Source: Thermoanaerobaculia bacterium
GTDB taxonomy: Bacteria > Acidobacteriota > Thermoanaerobaculia > UBA5066
Direction: 5' to 3'
Assembly (NCBI GenBank): GCA_963719225.1
Contig: CAVRAY010000001.1
Span: 1,312,001-1,376,000, forward strand
Length of the DNA: 64,000 bases
Positions 1 through 9,800 of the stretch are shown in pieces. The notes below the pieces were generated by a model, which did no database searches, was not told the origin of the DNA, and was given only the letters and a program-made list of their open reading frames with translations. The position numbers were made by a program, and so were the translations under genes. Each line of letters starts with the position of its first letter. The first letter of the stretch is position 1.

Positions 1-2
1 TC

Positions 3-1520
3 CGCCGGTTCGACCTGACTCTCGCGGCGGGAGAGACGCGCCGGTACCGCAACGTCGTGGGGACGCTCCTCGGCCTCGAGGGCGCCTTCACCGGCGAAGT
101 GCGGTCGGCCGCGCCCACCGTGACCGCCACGGCTCTCGTCAACAACCGGCCGCTGCCGGCGACGGTCGCCCTCCGAAACGCCTCCCGCCGCGCGCTCGCC
201 GGCACGACGCCGCCCATCGGACAGTACGGTTTCGAGCTCAGGCCCACGATCCCGGGCGAGGGCGTCAAGCAGAGCGACCCGCTCCACGTCACCTCAGGCC
301 TCGCACACGACGCAAACCGGCGGTCGAATCTGCTCCTACTCGAGACGTCGGGGTACGACACGACCGTTACGGTGGCGCTGTTCGACGCCGCGGGTTTCCC
401 TGTGACGAAGAACGGTGCGTCCGTGCAGTTCGAGAAAACCGTACCGGCCAATGGGACGCTACAGATCAACGACGCCGACGAGCTTTTCGACAGCGCGCCG
501 CTCCCCGGAGGCTATGCGTACGCGACCCTAACCTGGAAAACGAGCGCGAGCGACGCGTTCGGAGCGACGAAAGGGTCCGTCGTCGGGATGGCGACGGTTA
601 TCGACAACCGCACCCAGGACTCTTCGCTTCACGTGGGCGTGTCCACTCTGGCTTTGAATCCCTCATACGTGCCCGGGTCGAACCTCAGCGCATCGCGCCG
701 CGCCCTTTCATCCCTGCCGTTTGCGGGCTCTCCAGCTCCACTCCTTTTCCCGGTGGCCCACTCGGCGGGCGCGCCCCTCACGACCGGCGAAAGGCCTTTC
801 TGGCGCACCCGCGTGACGCTTACGAACACCGGCACGACGGCGGCGGACCAGCGCCAGGCAACCCTCGAGTATCTCGAGACGACCGGTACCGGCCTGATCC
901 GGCAAGCCACCGTCAGCCTCCCCCCAAGGGCCGTCGCGCACTTCGAGGACGTTCTCGAGGAGCTGCCAAGTCTCGGAATCCTCCCTGGCCAGAACACCTA
1001 TGGCGCAATCCGAATTCAAGCCGCCCAGAACAGCGACAAGAGCTGGGGCGGCGTGGACGTCCAGACCGAGACCTATACCGTGGACCCGTCGCAGGGAGTC
1101 GGCGACTTCAAGACCGGCATGGAAGCCTATGCGTACTTCCACGGCTACTCGTCCTTCCAGTCGAACCTCGGGACGATGTCGTTCGACGGCGCCGAGAACA
1201 GCACGAGCTACCGCACGAACCTCATCCTGAGCGAGGTCGGGGGCGATTACTGCGACGTCGTCGTCGCGGCGTATCTGCCCGGATCGTTCGTGCCGATCGC
1301 GTCGGTCACGAAGCGCATCCCGGCGATGGGCTATCTCTCGGACGAGCTCTTCCGCAACATCCTCGGCCTGAACCTCTCGGAGCTCACCGACGTGCGCGTC
1401 GTCGTGCGGCAGGTGGGCGGCGGCGGCGTCTTCCTCGCTTTCGCCTCGAAGATCGACCGCGTGTCGGGCGACCCGGCCAACATCTTCCTGCGTCCGGCGG
1501 CGGCCGGCACGGGACGGTGA
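3..1520 (+). CDS. Large secreted/surface protein, C-terminal part (5' end outside window), with repeated beta-sandwich-like modules
   Basis: Frame is open from base 3. Repeated modules such as 'RSNLLLLE', 'WRTRVTLTN', 'YRTNLILSE...AFASKIDRVSGDP' resemble Thermoanaerobaculia surface proteins (family assignment is inference). Confidence 0.7.
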   Translation, partial: RRFDLTLAAGETRRYRNVVGTLLGLEGAFTGEVRSAAPTVTATALVNNRPLPATVALRNASRRALAGTTPPIGQYGFELRPTIPGEGVKQSDPLHVTSGLAHDANRRSNLLLLETSGYDTTVTVALFDAAGFPVTKNGASVQFEKTVPANGTLQINDADELFDSAPLPGGYAYATLTWKTSASDAFGATKGSVVGMATVIDNRTQDSSLHVGVSTLALNPSYVPGSNLSASRRALSSLPFAGSPAPLLFPVAHSAGAPLTTGERPFWRTRVTLTNTGTTAADQRQATLEYLETTGTGLIRQATVSLPPRAVAHFEDVLEELPSLGILPGQNTYGAIRIQAAQNSDKSWGGVDVQTETYTVDPSQGVGDFKTGMEAYAYFHGYSSFQSNLGTMSFDGAENSTSYRTNLILSEVGGDYCDVVVAAYLPGSFVPIASVTKRIPAMGYLSDELFRNILGLNLSELTDVRVVVRQVGGGGVFLAFASKIDRVSGDPANIFLRPAAAGTGR

Positions 1521-1524
1521 CGGG

Positions 1525-3012
1525 TTGGCCGGCGCCGTCGAGCGCATCGCCCATTACCGCATCCTGAAGCGGATCGGCCGCGGCGGCATGGGCATCGTGT
1601 ACCAGGCCGTCGACGAGCGCGACGAGCGCATGGTCGCGCTGAAGGTCATCCGCGAGGCGGAGGGTCCCGGCGACGAGTCGCACGCGCACCTCAAGGAAGC
1701 GCGCGTGCGCTTCGACCGCGAGGCCGCGATCCTCAAGAGCCTCCTCCACGTGAACGTCGTGGCGTTCTTCGAGATCGGCGAGGAGGACGGAACGCCGTGG
1801 CTCTCGATGGAGTATCTCGACGGCACGCCGCTGACGTCGTTCGCGGGGCGCCCGTGGACGGAGACCGTGCCGCTCCTGGTGCAGGCCGCGCACGGGCTCG
1901 AGTACCTGTCCTCGCGCGGGATCGTCCACCGCGACCTCTCCCCGGACAACATCCTCGTCATCGAGCGCGGCGGGGACCGGCTCGTGAAGCTCCTCGACTT
2001 CGGGGTCGCGAAGCTCTTCGAGACGGGGACCGGCCTCGAGTCGCTGACGGCCACGGGGTTCTTCCTCGGCAAGGTCGCATACGGCTCCCCGGAGCAGCTC
2101 GGCTCGCTCGGGCACGGCGCGCCGCTGGACTGGCGCAGCGACGTCTACAGCCTGGGCGTCATCTTCTATCAAGTGCTCTCGGGCCGACGGCCGTTCGAGG
2201 GCAAGGCTCCCGTCGAGTACATCGCCGCGCATCTGAACGCCGTGGCTCCTCCGGTCGCGGCACCGTCCGACGGGCCTTCGCTGCCCGTGCCTCTCGTGCG
2301 TCTCGTGGGACAGATGCTGGAGAAGCGGCGCGAGAGCCGCCCCGCCAGCTGGCGCGAGATCGTGGACCGGCTCGTCGCCGTGCTCCGGGACGCCGGCGGC
2401 ATGCGGCTTCCTCCCGGGATCGACGTGTCTTCCGGAAATGCGACGCCGCTCGATCTGACGAGCGGCACCGAGCTCGTGGGCGTGGCGCGCGGAAACGGCT
2501 CGGGCACTCTTCCTCTCGGCAAGCACTCCCTCCACGAGGCGCGCCTCCTCCTGTGGCTCGCGGCGGCCGGAATCGTGCTCGTCCTCGCGGCTTCCTGGTG
2601 GGCGGCCCGCAGCCGCACGCCGTCGCGCACCGTGGAGAGATCCACGCCGGCGGCCGTCCCCACGGCCGCGCTCGCCTCCCGGACCGCAACGGCGCCGCCA
2701 CCGGCGCCCGCGGCCGTCCCGCCTGCCGCCGGCCGCCTGCAGGTCGTCGCCCTGCCCTACGCGCGCGTCGTCTCGATCGTGGACGCGCGCACCGGCCACT
2801 CGGTGGCGGTGCCTTCGAACGCGACGACGCCCCTCCTCGTCACGGATCTCGCTCCCGGCTCGTATCGCGTGGTCCTCACGGGGCCCGGCCCCGCCGGGCG
2901 TACGGTCGAGCGCGCCGTTTCGGTAGCCGGCGGCGCGACGGTGTTGCTCTCCGAGCCCTTCGAGACGCCCGGCGCGCTCGCTGACCTTCTGACGAGGGGA
3001 GACGCGCAGTGA
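1525..3012 (+). CDS. Membrane Ser/Thr protein kinase with C-terminal PEGA-like domain
   Basis: GRGGMG, VALK, HRDLSPDN, DFG, GSPEQ and SDVYSLG motifs, then a TM segment, a Pro/Ala linker and a beta-rich C-terminus. Confidence 0.9.
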   Translation: MAGAVERIAHYRILKRIGRGGMGIVYQAVDERDERMVALKVIREAEGPGDESHAHLKEARVRFDREAAILKSLLHVNVVAFFEIGEEDGTPWLSMEYLDGTPLTSFAGRPWTETVPLLVQAAHGLEYLSSRGIVHRDLSPDNILVIERGGDRLVKLLDFGVAKLFETGTGLESLTATGFFLGKVAYGSPEQLGSLGHGAPLDWRSDVYSLGVIFYQVLSGRRPFEGKAPVEYIAAHLNAVAPPVAAPSDGPSLPVPLVRLVGQMLEKRRESRPASWREIVDRLVAVLRDAGGMRLPPGIDVSSGNATPLDLTSGTELVGVARGNGSGTLPLGKHSLHEARLLLWLAAAGIVLVLAASWWAARSRTPSRTVERSTPAAVPTAALASRTATAPPPAPAAVPPAAGRLQVVALPYARVVSIVDARTGHSVAVPSNATTPLLVTDLAPGSYRVVLTGPGPAGRTVERAVSVAGGATVLLSEPFETPGALADLLTRGDAQ

Positions 3013-4454
3013 CGACAGGACGGTTCCGGAACGCGGCGCTGCCGCTCTTCCTCAGCGCCCTCGCGGCCTCGTCCGTTCGCGCCCAGACCGATTCGGCGCT
3101 CCTCTCGAAGGTCAGCTTCAACCTCACGAACCCGGGAGGAAAGTCGCTCGCCATGGGGGGCGCGTTCACGGCGATCGCCGACGACGCGACGGCCGCGCTC
3201 GCGAACCCCGCGGGGCTCGGGCTCATCTCCTCGATGGAGTTCGCGATCTCCGGCAAGCGCTCGGACGAGACGCTGGGCCTCGTGACGGCGCGCTCCACGG
3301 CCATCGGCCAGCTCGCGACGCCCTATCCGGGAATCGAGACGACGAACGTGGATCGCGACGCGCGCGCCACGTCCGTCGACTTCGCGGGCGTCGTCCTGCC
3401 ACTCACGCGCCGTCTCGTCGCGGCCCTCACGTACGCCGAGAACCTGCGATTCGAGGGCGACGCCGGGAGCGGCGGCTACCAGTACGTCGAGCTGCGCGAC
3501 AACCGCTCGGGGGGCGGCGCGCGCCAGGATTTCCTCTACTCCTATCGCGAGTTCGGCTCGGTGAGCCTGAGGAACAGGCTGCTCGGGATGTCTCTCGCGT
3601 ATCGCGTGACGGAAAGCGTGCGGGTGGGCGCGGGCGTCACCCTGAACCGCGCGTCGTTCGACCTGGGGGGCGACACGGACGGGCCGCACCGCATCACGCA
3701 TCGGACGTTCCTCTCGCCCACGTCCGACGAGATCCGCACCGTTACGATGCGCGTGGATGGCGTCTCGGGCACGAAGGTGGGCTTCCTCGTGGGGATCCAC
3801 GTCGACCTTCTGTCCGGTGGCGCCCTGACGCTGGGAGCCGACTATCGCTCCTCGCCGCGCAACGACGCCACGCTCGTGCTCGGCGGCGACGTGCCGCCGG
3901 CGCTCGCATCCCAGACGTCGCGGCCGTTCACGTTTCGAGTGCCGCGGGACGCCGCGATCGGTCTCGCGTGGCATCCGATGCCGGGTCTGACGGTCGCGGC
4001 CGAGGCGCAGTGGGTCGCCTACGGCGACATCTTCGACCGATCGCTCCCGGTCGTGTCGTACGCCGGGCTCGTTGGGCCCCTGGGTTTTCCGATCACCGAT
4101 GTCCTCGCCGACGTCTCTCCGGCGCCGAACGTCTGGGTGCCCCGCATCGGGCTCGAATACGTGGCGGGCGGGAACGACGCGCGCCTCGCGTTCCGGGTCG
4201 GCTACCACCGCGAGCCGGCGCACGGCGTCACGGCGAGCCTCGCGGCGAAGGAGCCGTCGTCCGGCCAGCCGTTTCCGATCACGGACCCGCCCTTCTCGGA
4301 GAGCGTCGCGGCGGTATTCGACGGGGGCCGCGCGGACGACCGGTTCACGGGCGGGCTCGGCTTGACCATCGCGAAGTCGCTCTCGGTCGACTTCGGCTTC
4401 GACGTCGGCCGCGCCTCGCGGCAGCTCGCCGCCAGCCTCTTCTATCGCTTCTGA
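3009..4454 (+). CDS. FadL/OmpP1-like outer-membrane beta-barrel transporter
   Basis: Signal peptide, 'GGKSLAMGGAFTAIADDATAALANPAGL' hatch motif, C-terminal YRF. Confidence 0.8.
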   Translation: MTTGRFRNAALPLFLSALAASSVRAQTDSALLSKVSFNLTNPGGKSLAMGGAFTAIADDATAALANPAGLGLISSMEFAISGKRSDETLGLVTARSTAIGQLATPYPGIETTNVDRDARATSVDFAGVVLPLTRRLVAALTYAENLRFEGDAGSGGYQYVELRDNRSGGGARQDFLYSYREFGSVSLRNRLLGMSLAYRVTESVRVGAGVTLNRASFDLGGDTDGPHRITHRTFLSPTSDEIRTVTMRVDGVSGTKVGFLVGIHVDLLSGGALTLGADYRSSPRNDATLVLGGDVPPALASQTSRPFTFRVPRDAAIGLAWHPMPGLTVAAEAQWVAYGDIFDRSLPVVSYAGLVGPLGFPITDVLADVSPAPNVWVPRIGLEYVAGGNDARLAFRVGYHREPAHGVTASLAAKEPSSGQPFPITDPPFSESVAAVFDGGRADDRFTGGLGLTIAKSLSVDFGFDVGRASRQLAASLFYRF

Positions 4455-4455
4455 T

Positions 4456-4476
4456 ATGGAGTGACCCGTCAAGTTC
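4456..4476. repeat. IS110 sub-terminal inverted repeat (downstream end)
   Basis: ATGGAGTGACCCGTCAAGTTC versus the reverse complement of 5924-5944, ATGGAGTGACCGGCCCAGTTC. Confidence 0.85.
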
Positions 4477-4504
4477 CGGATCGAGAGTTCTTTGAAAGAT
4501 CGAT

Positions 4505-4690
4505 GGCCAGCGGTCCTGAGGCTTAGATCGACGGCTGATCAGTCTGATATTCGAGGATCGAGCCGAAGCTCGCCTTCATGGTCAGGAACCGTCGGGAGCT
4601 GCCTCGGACTAGAGTCGCGGATCTGGGTTTGAGCCCTGCCGCATAGAAGTGTCGAGGGTTCTCCTTTCCGTCGCCCGTGGACCGCTGGCC
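4505..4690 (-). ncRNA. Putative bridge RNA / seekRNA of the IS110 element
   Basis: Perfect 12-bp closing stem (4505-4516/4679-4690). Two stem-internal-loop domains, one capped by C(UUCG)G (4559-4572). Loop segments CACUUCU and UCUAGUC match the target flanks; AUAUCA matches the donor end. Confidence 0.8.
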
Positions 4691-4721
4691 GTTCGAATTC
4701 ATTCGAGTTGTTGGTCTGCGA

Positions 4722-5866
4722 TTACGCGCAGGCCGCCGCGACTGTGTTCTTTTCGTGGAATTGCTTTTCGACCTCGAGTCCGACAGCCCATACGAACCCT
4801 GCGAGCTCTCGGGACACCGCACAGACCACCTTCTGACTGGGCTTACCCTTGCCGAGCAATCGCCAGTAGATGGAATGCAGCCGGTGCTGCGCTTTCCAGG
4901 AGATCTCGAGGATCTTTTCGCTCTGGCCGGCCTGGCGTCGGCGCAGCTCGGCTCCGATCGAAGGCCGTGCCCGATACGTCCAGGCCGCTTCGGTCAGGAC
5001 ACGCCGCAGATGGGCGTTACCCGTCTTCGTGATCGCTCCGCGGCGTGTTCTGGTGCCGCTGGAGTTTTCGCTCGGGACAAGGCCGCTGTAGCCCATGAGC
5101 TGGCGCGGATGACGGAAACGCGAGAGGTCTCCGAGCTCGGAGACGAGCGTCACGGCGGTGATCTTGGCCACGCCACGCAGCGCCTGAAGCCCCTCGATGA
5201 GGGCGCGCATCGTGCCGGGCACGTGGCGAGCGGCCTCGTCGATGGCACTCTCCAGGCGCTGAATCCTCGCGGCCGCGTGATCGACTTCGGCCACGTAATC
5301 CAGGAGTGCCGCTTCCTGCGCCCGGTGCTCGAATCGCACCTGCCCTTTGACCCATGCCAGATGCTTCAGCGTCCACGCCTTGATCCCCGAAGGGGCTCTT
5401 TGGCCGCGCCGCAGCAGGAATTTCTGCAGCCGGTGCCGCGCTCGAAGCTGGTCCTTCTTGGCCGCCTCGCGGGCTCTCACCAGATCCCGCAGCGCCTCGT
5501 GCTCGGCATCCGGCACCCACACGGCCGTCAGCTCGCCACTGCGATTGAGCCGGGCCAGCTTTTCGGCGTCCCGTCGGTCCGTCTTGACCCGATCTCCGGC
5601 CTTCACCGGCACCAGCGTCGGTGCCACTACGTCGCACCTCACGCCCAAGCTCGTCAGGAGCCAGTACAACACGAAGCCTGTCGGCCCGGCCTCGTAGCAG
5701 GTCCGGAGACTCTCCGGATCCCCAGCTTCCTCACGAGCGCTCGCACCGCTTCGGGACGATTCGCGATCGTCCCCAGAGAACGAACCTCATCGCCCCCTTC
5801 GGCCACCGCCACCGCGATCGTCTCGGCGTGCACGTCCAGACCCACCCAGCGGGTATCCTTCTTCAT
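4722..5866 (-). pseudogene. IS110-family transposase/recombinase with a one-base frameshift at about 5720-5723
   Basis: GLDVH...CYEAG...KTDRRDA (DEDD) and SENSSG (Tnp serine). Adding one G to the G4 run joins ORFs 5654-5866 and 4722-5672 as KLG-DPESLRTCYEAGPTG. May be a sequencing error. Confidence 0.85.
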
Positions 5867-5923
5867 CGACCGGCCCTCCTTCGCGTGTAGCTCTGCGTCT
5901 CACGACGCAACCTACGATCCCGC

Positions 5924-5944
5924 GAACTGGGCCGGTCACTCCAT
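5924..5944. repeat. IS110 sub-terminal inverted repeat (upstream end)
   Basis: GAACTGGGCCGGTCACTCCAT, partner of 4456-4476. Confidence 0.85.
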
Positions 5945-5949
5945 CTTGA

Positions 5950-7101
5950 CTAGGCGCCCGCGGTCTGCGGACTCGGCGGCGCGCTGGCAGGAGGCTCTTC
6001 GAGCAGGATCCGGTTGCCGCCGGCGGCGCGAGCGTGGGCCAGGGTCCTTTCGGCGCGCTCGAGGAGCGCGTCGCAAAGCGTCTTGTCCCGCCTGCCGTGC
6101 ACGGCGATGCCGGCCGAGAGCGTCATGGTGCGACCCTCGACGGCGGGAAAACCGTTCCGGATGCGCTCCACGGCGATCGTCGCGTTCGTTTCGTCCGCTT
6201 CGACCAGAAGCACGAGGAACTCGGAACGGGGACGGCGGGCGGCCAGGTCGATTCCGCGGATCATCCGCGCGATCGCCTGCCCGAAGGAGGCCAGAACCTC
6301 GTCCGCGGCGTCGCGCCCCTTCTCCTTCTCGAAAGCGTCGAATCCGTCGATCGCGAAGACGACGAGCGCCGCCGAGCGCCGAGTCCGCTCGGCGCGCACG
6401 AGCTCCTCGGCGGTGCGGCCGAGGAAGAGGGAGCGCGTGAGGAGCCCGGTGAGCGCATCCGTGGTCGCGCGCGCGAAGAGCCGGCGCTCTTCGTCGGCGA
6501 CCGTGGGAAGGAGGAGTGCGGAAAAGACGAGGAACGCGAATCCGAAGAAGACGCCCGAGAAAGCCCCGGAGCCGGCCACCCAGCGCGAGCCCGTCTCGAG
6601 CGTCGCGCCCGCGAGCAGGAAGGCCGTCGCGACGAAGGCGAGCGTCGTGTCGCGCCGTCTGTTCTCCTTCCGCGAGAAGATGACCAGAAAGCCGATCGAG
6701 ATGAGCCCGACCGAGACGACGGACAGCCCGCCGACGAGCGGGCTCGCCGCCGGCAGGAAGAGCGCGAGGAACGTTCCGACGAGCGGAAAGGCGAGGAGAC
6801 CTCCCAGGGCCGGCGTCAGCCGGACGTTCAGGAAGCGCAGCAGGAAGAGAAAGCCGACGGCGGGAAGGACGAAGGAAAGCGCCCTCACGAGGCGTCCCAG
6901 GATCTCGCGCGAGACGGGGACCGGAACCGGAGTGAGGAGCGGCGTCGCGAGCCAGAACGAGATCGCGAACGCAAGCGTCGCGTAGAGCACGAGCTCCGTG
7001 CGGGCGCGGTTCCAGCGCAGGAGAAGCAGCGCGAGGACGCCGAAGGACGACGCCGCAAGCGCGCAGAAGAGCACGAGGACCTGAGGAAGGGTGAATGTCA
7101 C
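5950..7101 (-). CDS. Multi-TM protein with a degenerate GGDEF domain
   Basis: About 7 hydrophobic segments, then 'ATTDALTGL', 'RGIDLAARRPRSEFLVLL' and 'TLSAGIA'. GGDEF is replaced by PRSEF. Confidence 0.85.
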   Translation of the reverse strand: MTFTLPQVLVLFCALAASSFGVLALLLLRWNRARTELVLYATLAFAISFWLATPLLTPVPVPVSREILGRLVRALSFVLPAVGFLFLLRFLNVRLTPALGGLLAFPLVGTFLALFLPAASPLVGGLSVVSVGLISIGFLVIFSRKENRRRDTTLAFVATAFLLAGATLETGSRWVAGSGAFSGVFFGFAFLVFSALLLPTVADEERRLFARATTDALTGLLTRSLFLGRTAEELVRAERTRRSAALVVFAIDGFDAFEKEKGRDAADEVLASFGQAIARMIRGIDLAARRPRSEFLVLLVEADETNATIAVERIRNGFPAVEGRTMTLSAGIAVHGRRDKTLCDALLERAERTLAHARAAGGNRILLEEPPASAPPSPQTAGA

Positions 7102-7116
7102 GCTGCTGCGTACATT

Positions 7117-8073
<957 letters not shown>

Positions 8074-8125
8074 GAAACCGCGATTGTAAGGGGTGCGAGC
8101 GCGCGGCGCGTCCGCGCGAGCCGTC

Positions 8126-8368
8126 TCAGGCGTGGAGCTGGGCGTAGCGGGCTTCGAGAACCTCGCGCGGCTCGGCCGGCTCGGTCACGATGCAGCCCTC
8201 GATCGGGCAGATCTCTACGCACTTCGGCGCATCGAACGCTCCGACGCACTCGGTGCAGCGCACCGCGTCGACGACGTAGGTCGGATCGCCCGCCGCGATC
8301 GCCTGGTTCGGGCAATCCGGCTCGCACGAGCCGCAGTTGATGCAGGTGTCCTGAATCTTCATGGCCAT
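8126..8368 (-). CDS. YfhL-like 2[4Fe-4S] ferredoxin
   Basis: [12 protein letters not shown] and CTECVG...CVEICP; GGAGG RBS at 8375-8379. Confidence 0.9.
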   Translation of the reverse strand: MAMKIQDTCINCGSCEPDCPNQAIAAGDPTYVVDAVRCTECVGAFDAPKCVEICPIEGCIVTEPAEPREVLEARYAQLHA

Positions 8369-8370
8369 GA

Positions 8371-8396
8371 GGCACCTCCGATGTGCGGAGGGTGCC
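8371..8396 (-). promoter_or_regulatory. Hairpin occluding the ferredoxin Shine-Dalgarno
   Basis: mRNA GGCACC-C-UCCG cacau CGGA-GGUGCC ends 2 nt before the AUG. Confidence 0.45.
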
Positions 8397-8430
8397 ACCG
8401 GCAGCGGCCGGCAGCCATGATGCACGCGCT

Positions 8431-9729
8431 TCAGGTCCGACCCAAACCCGCGTAATTCCAGCCGGCCTTCCTCATTTCCTTCGGCTCGTAGAGGTTCCTC
8501 AGATCGACGAAGTTCTTGGCTTTCATCGTCTTTTCGAGGCGGCCGAGGTCGAGCTTGCGGAACTGGTTCCAGTCGGTCGCCAGGACGAGGACGTCCGCCC
8601 CGGCGGCGCAGGAGTAGACGTCGTCGGCGAGCTTCAGGGAGGGCATTTCCCTCCGCGCGTTGTCCATCGCGGCCGGGTCGTAGGCCACGACGTCGGCGCC
8701 GCGCGCCTGGAGGTCGGCCGCGAGCCTGAGGCAGGCGCTTTCGCGGATGTCGTCGGTCTCCGGCTTGAAGGCGATCCCGAGCATGGCGACGCGCTTGCCC
8801 GCGAGGTCCGGGCACAAGGCGGCGACCTTCTCGACCATTCGCGCCTTGACGTGATCGTTGACGGAGAGGACGGCCTCCATGATCTCGAACGTGTATCCGT
8901 TCTTCCGCGCGAGGTCGACGACGGCGGAGGAGTCCTTCGGGAAGCACGAGCCGCCGTAGCCCGGTCCCGGGTTCAGGAAATGCGGGGCGATGCGCTTGTC
9001 GAGGCCCATCCCGCGCGCCACGTCCTTGACGTCGGCACCCATCCTCTCGCACATGGCCGCCACCTCGTTGATGAAGGAGATCTTCAGCGCGAGGAAGCCG
9101 TTCGAGGCGTACTTGATGAGCTCGGCCGACTCGACGTCGGTCACGACGAACGGCACGCCGCCGATCGAAAGAGGAGAGTAGACGTCCTTGACGATCGCGA
9201 TCGCCTCTTCGTCGCGCGATCCGATGACCACGCGGTCGGGATGCATGAAGTCCTCGATGGCCGATCCTTCACGCAGGAACTCGGGGTTCGAGACGACGGA
9301 GAACTTGTAACGGCCGTTCTTCGTGCGCAGGATCTCCTCGATCTGCGCGCCCGTTCCGGTCGGCACCGTGGACTTCGTGACGACGACCTTGTACCCGTTC
9401 ATGTGCGTCGCGATCGACTCGGCGACCTGGAAGATGAACGAGAGGTCCGGCGAGCCGTCTTCCTGGGGAGGTGTCCCCACGGCGATGAAGATGACGAGGC
9501 TGCGCTCGATGGCCTCGACGATGTTCGTGGAAAAGCGCAGCCGGCCGGCTTTCTCGTTCTTGTGGATCAGCTCCTCGAGGCCGGGCTCGTAGATGGGCGA
9601 GACGCCTTTCCTGAGCAGGGCGATCTTGGCCTCGTCCTTGTCGACGCACGTCACGTCCATTCCGAAGTCGGCGAGGCAGGCGCCGGTCACGAGGCCGACG
9701 TAGCCCGTTCCGACCATGCAGATGTTCAT
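8431..9729 (-). CDS. ugd: UDP-glucose 6-dehydrogenase
   Basis: GTGYVGLV, IAVGTP, KSTVPTG, SNPEFLREG, GYGGSCFPKD, FKPETDDIRES. Confidence 0.95.
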   Translation of the reverse strand: MNICMVGTGYVGLVTGACLADFGMDVTCVDKDEAKIALLRKGVSPIYEPGLEELIHKNEKAGRLRFSTNIVEAIERSLVIFIAVGTPPQEDGSPDLSFIFQVAESIATHMNGYKVVVTKSTVPTGTGAQIEEILRTKNGRYKFSVVSNPEFLREGSAIEDFMHPDRVVIGSRDEEAIAIVKDVYSPLSIGGVPFVVTDVESAELIKYASNGFLALKISFINEVAAMCERMGADVKDVARGMGLDKRIAPHFLNPGPGYGGSCFPKDSSAVVDLARKNGYTFEIMEAVLSVNDHVKARMVEKVAALCPDLAGKRVAMLGIAFKPETDDIRESACLRLAADLQARGADVVAYDPAAMDNARREMPSLKLADDVYSCAAGADVLVLATDWNQFRKLDLGRLEKTMKAKNFVDLRNLYEPKEMRKAGWNYAGLGRT

Positions 9730-9800
9730 CGGGGAGGAGCCTCCGAAGGTGGGATTCCGGGGAGGGCGATTCTACCCTTCAAGTCCGTCGAGATCGGGTC

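Larger units (their letters stand above)
4455..5949 (-). mobile_element. IS110-family element (IS1111-like: sub-terminal inverted repeats, long downstream non-coding region)
   Basis: DEDD transposase. 21-bp IRs at 4456-4476 and 5924-5944 match 18/21. TGA is shared at both junctions (4452-4454 and 5947-5949). Reconstructed empty site is CGCTTC-TGA-CTAGGCG. Confidence 0.9.

Noticed and set aside
4452-4476. Strong sigma-70 promoter formed at the IS110 circle junction
   Set aside because: TTGACG is present on the minus strand, but no convincing -10 hexamer falls at 16-18 bp across the reconstructed junction.
5720-5723. Programmed ribosomal frameshift in the IS110 transposase
   Set aside because: There is no X-XXY-YYZ slippery heptamer and IS110 transposases are normally single ORFs; an indel is simpler.
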